Origin: a virus
Taxonomy: Duplodnaviria > Caudoviricetes
IMG/VR virus record: IMGVR_UViG_3300039180_001591
Location: 1 to 26,135 of that record
DNA length: 26,135 bases
Strand: one strand, 5' to 3'
The translations under genes were made by a program, and so were the position numbers. Position 1 is the stretch's first letter, and every line of letters starts with the position of its first letter. Shown here one piece after another: positions 25,656 through 26,135 of the stretch. The notes beneath the pieces are model-generated. The model made no database searches. It was given only the letters and a program-made list of their open reading frames with translations, and had not been told where the DNA came from.

Positions 25656-25685
25656 AATATACGAACTCTATTTACAATGCCCAAA
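25656..25685 (-). promoter_or_regulatory. Class-1 promoter motif
   Basis: TTTGG-gcattgtaaatagag-TTCGTATATT, 21 nt upstream of the folE ATG; the upstream part overlaps the hpt 3' end. Confidence 0.8.
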
Positions 25686-26135
25686 TTGAATTTAAATTTC
25701 TATTATATCCTTTTGCATCATCCATCCCATAACCAATTACCCACTCATCTTTAATGGTGAAGGCGTGGTAAGAGGGTTGCTTTGGGATTGGGCTTGTTTC
25801 CCTTGCAATTAGAGTTGCTATTGAAATTGAAGCTGGGTGTTTTAATTCTAAATATTCTATTACTGCTTTAACTGTATTACCAGTATCATATATGTCATCT
25901 ACAATATAAACATGTTTACCCTTAACAGGTGTCTCTAGGTCTTTGGTGATTTGAATATCGCCTTGTTTGCGATTTGTATACGATTTAACGCGCATAAAAT
26001 CACATTCCACCGCAATCGGCATAGCTCGCACTAAATCGCTGTAAAACGCAAAACAACCATTAAGGAGACCAACCATAACTATAGGTGTTCTATCATCCCC
26101 ACGTTCCAATATTATCTGTTTAGCAATGACTTTAG
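25672..26135 (-). CDS. hpt: Hypoxanthine/guanine phosphoribosyltransferase (5' end beyond the window)
   Basis: VGLLNG..FYSDLVR, DFMRVKSY, VYIVDDIYDTGNT (PRPP loop), WVIGYGMD, RNL. The frame stays open upstream of TTG 26109 to the window edge (KVIAKQII). Confidence 0.88.
   Translation of the reverse strand, partial: KVIAKQIILERGDDRTPIVMVGLLNGCFAFYSDLVRAMPIAVECDFMRVKSYTNRKQGDIQITKDLETPVKGKHVYIVDDIYDTGNTVKAVIEYLELKHPASISIATLIARETSPIPKQPSYHAFTIKDEWVIGYGMDDAKGYNRNLNSIWAL

Noticed and set aside
1-26135. Bacterial or archaeal chromosome origin (groEL/ES, folE, hpt, LPS-like genes, RFC-like ATPase)
   Set aside because: T4-type polymerase, clamp and gp62-like genes, single-strand dense packing, many small unknown ORFs and a repeated dedicated promoter indicate a phage. 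No structural genes are in the window, so this remains an inference.

Overview
AT-rich window in which all ~40 credible genes lie on the minus strand and are tightly packed (7 ATGA stop/start overlaps). It reads as part of a large lytic dsDNA phage with a T4-like replisome. The host is probably Bacteroidota: starts are A-rich with no Shine-Dalgarno, and one promoter copy exactly matches the TTTG-N20-TAnnTTTG consensus. In transcription order (right to left): (1) purine module (hpt, folE, MazG/PRA-PH-like pyrophosphatase); (2) a family-B DNA polymerase split into two genes between motifs B and C; (3) sliding clamp, Hsp20, GroES, GroEL and clamp-loader subunits; (4) Nmad1/DUF1599 plus a Cas4-like nuclease; (5) a ~10 kb, 12-gene glycan locus (5 glycosyltransferases, epimerase, a short DegT aminotransferase, WbqC, beta-propeller, GNAT-methyltransferase fusion); (6) small genes including a DksA/TraR-type zinc finger, two HNH-like proteins, a signal-peptide i-type-lysozyme-like protein, an RfaE heptose kinase and a SWIM protein. 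Non-coding structure: 8 copies of a TTCGTATATT promoter-like box (7 with an nTWGG element exactly 15 nt upstream), each sitting in a short inverted repeat whose arms differ between copies; 3 copies of a second motif (TATKTATA); and one terminator. Together these occupy every intergenic gap over 30 nt. No tRNA, rRNA, CRISPR array or IS element was seen. All function calls come from motif recognition by eye, not database searches.
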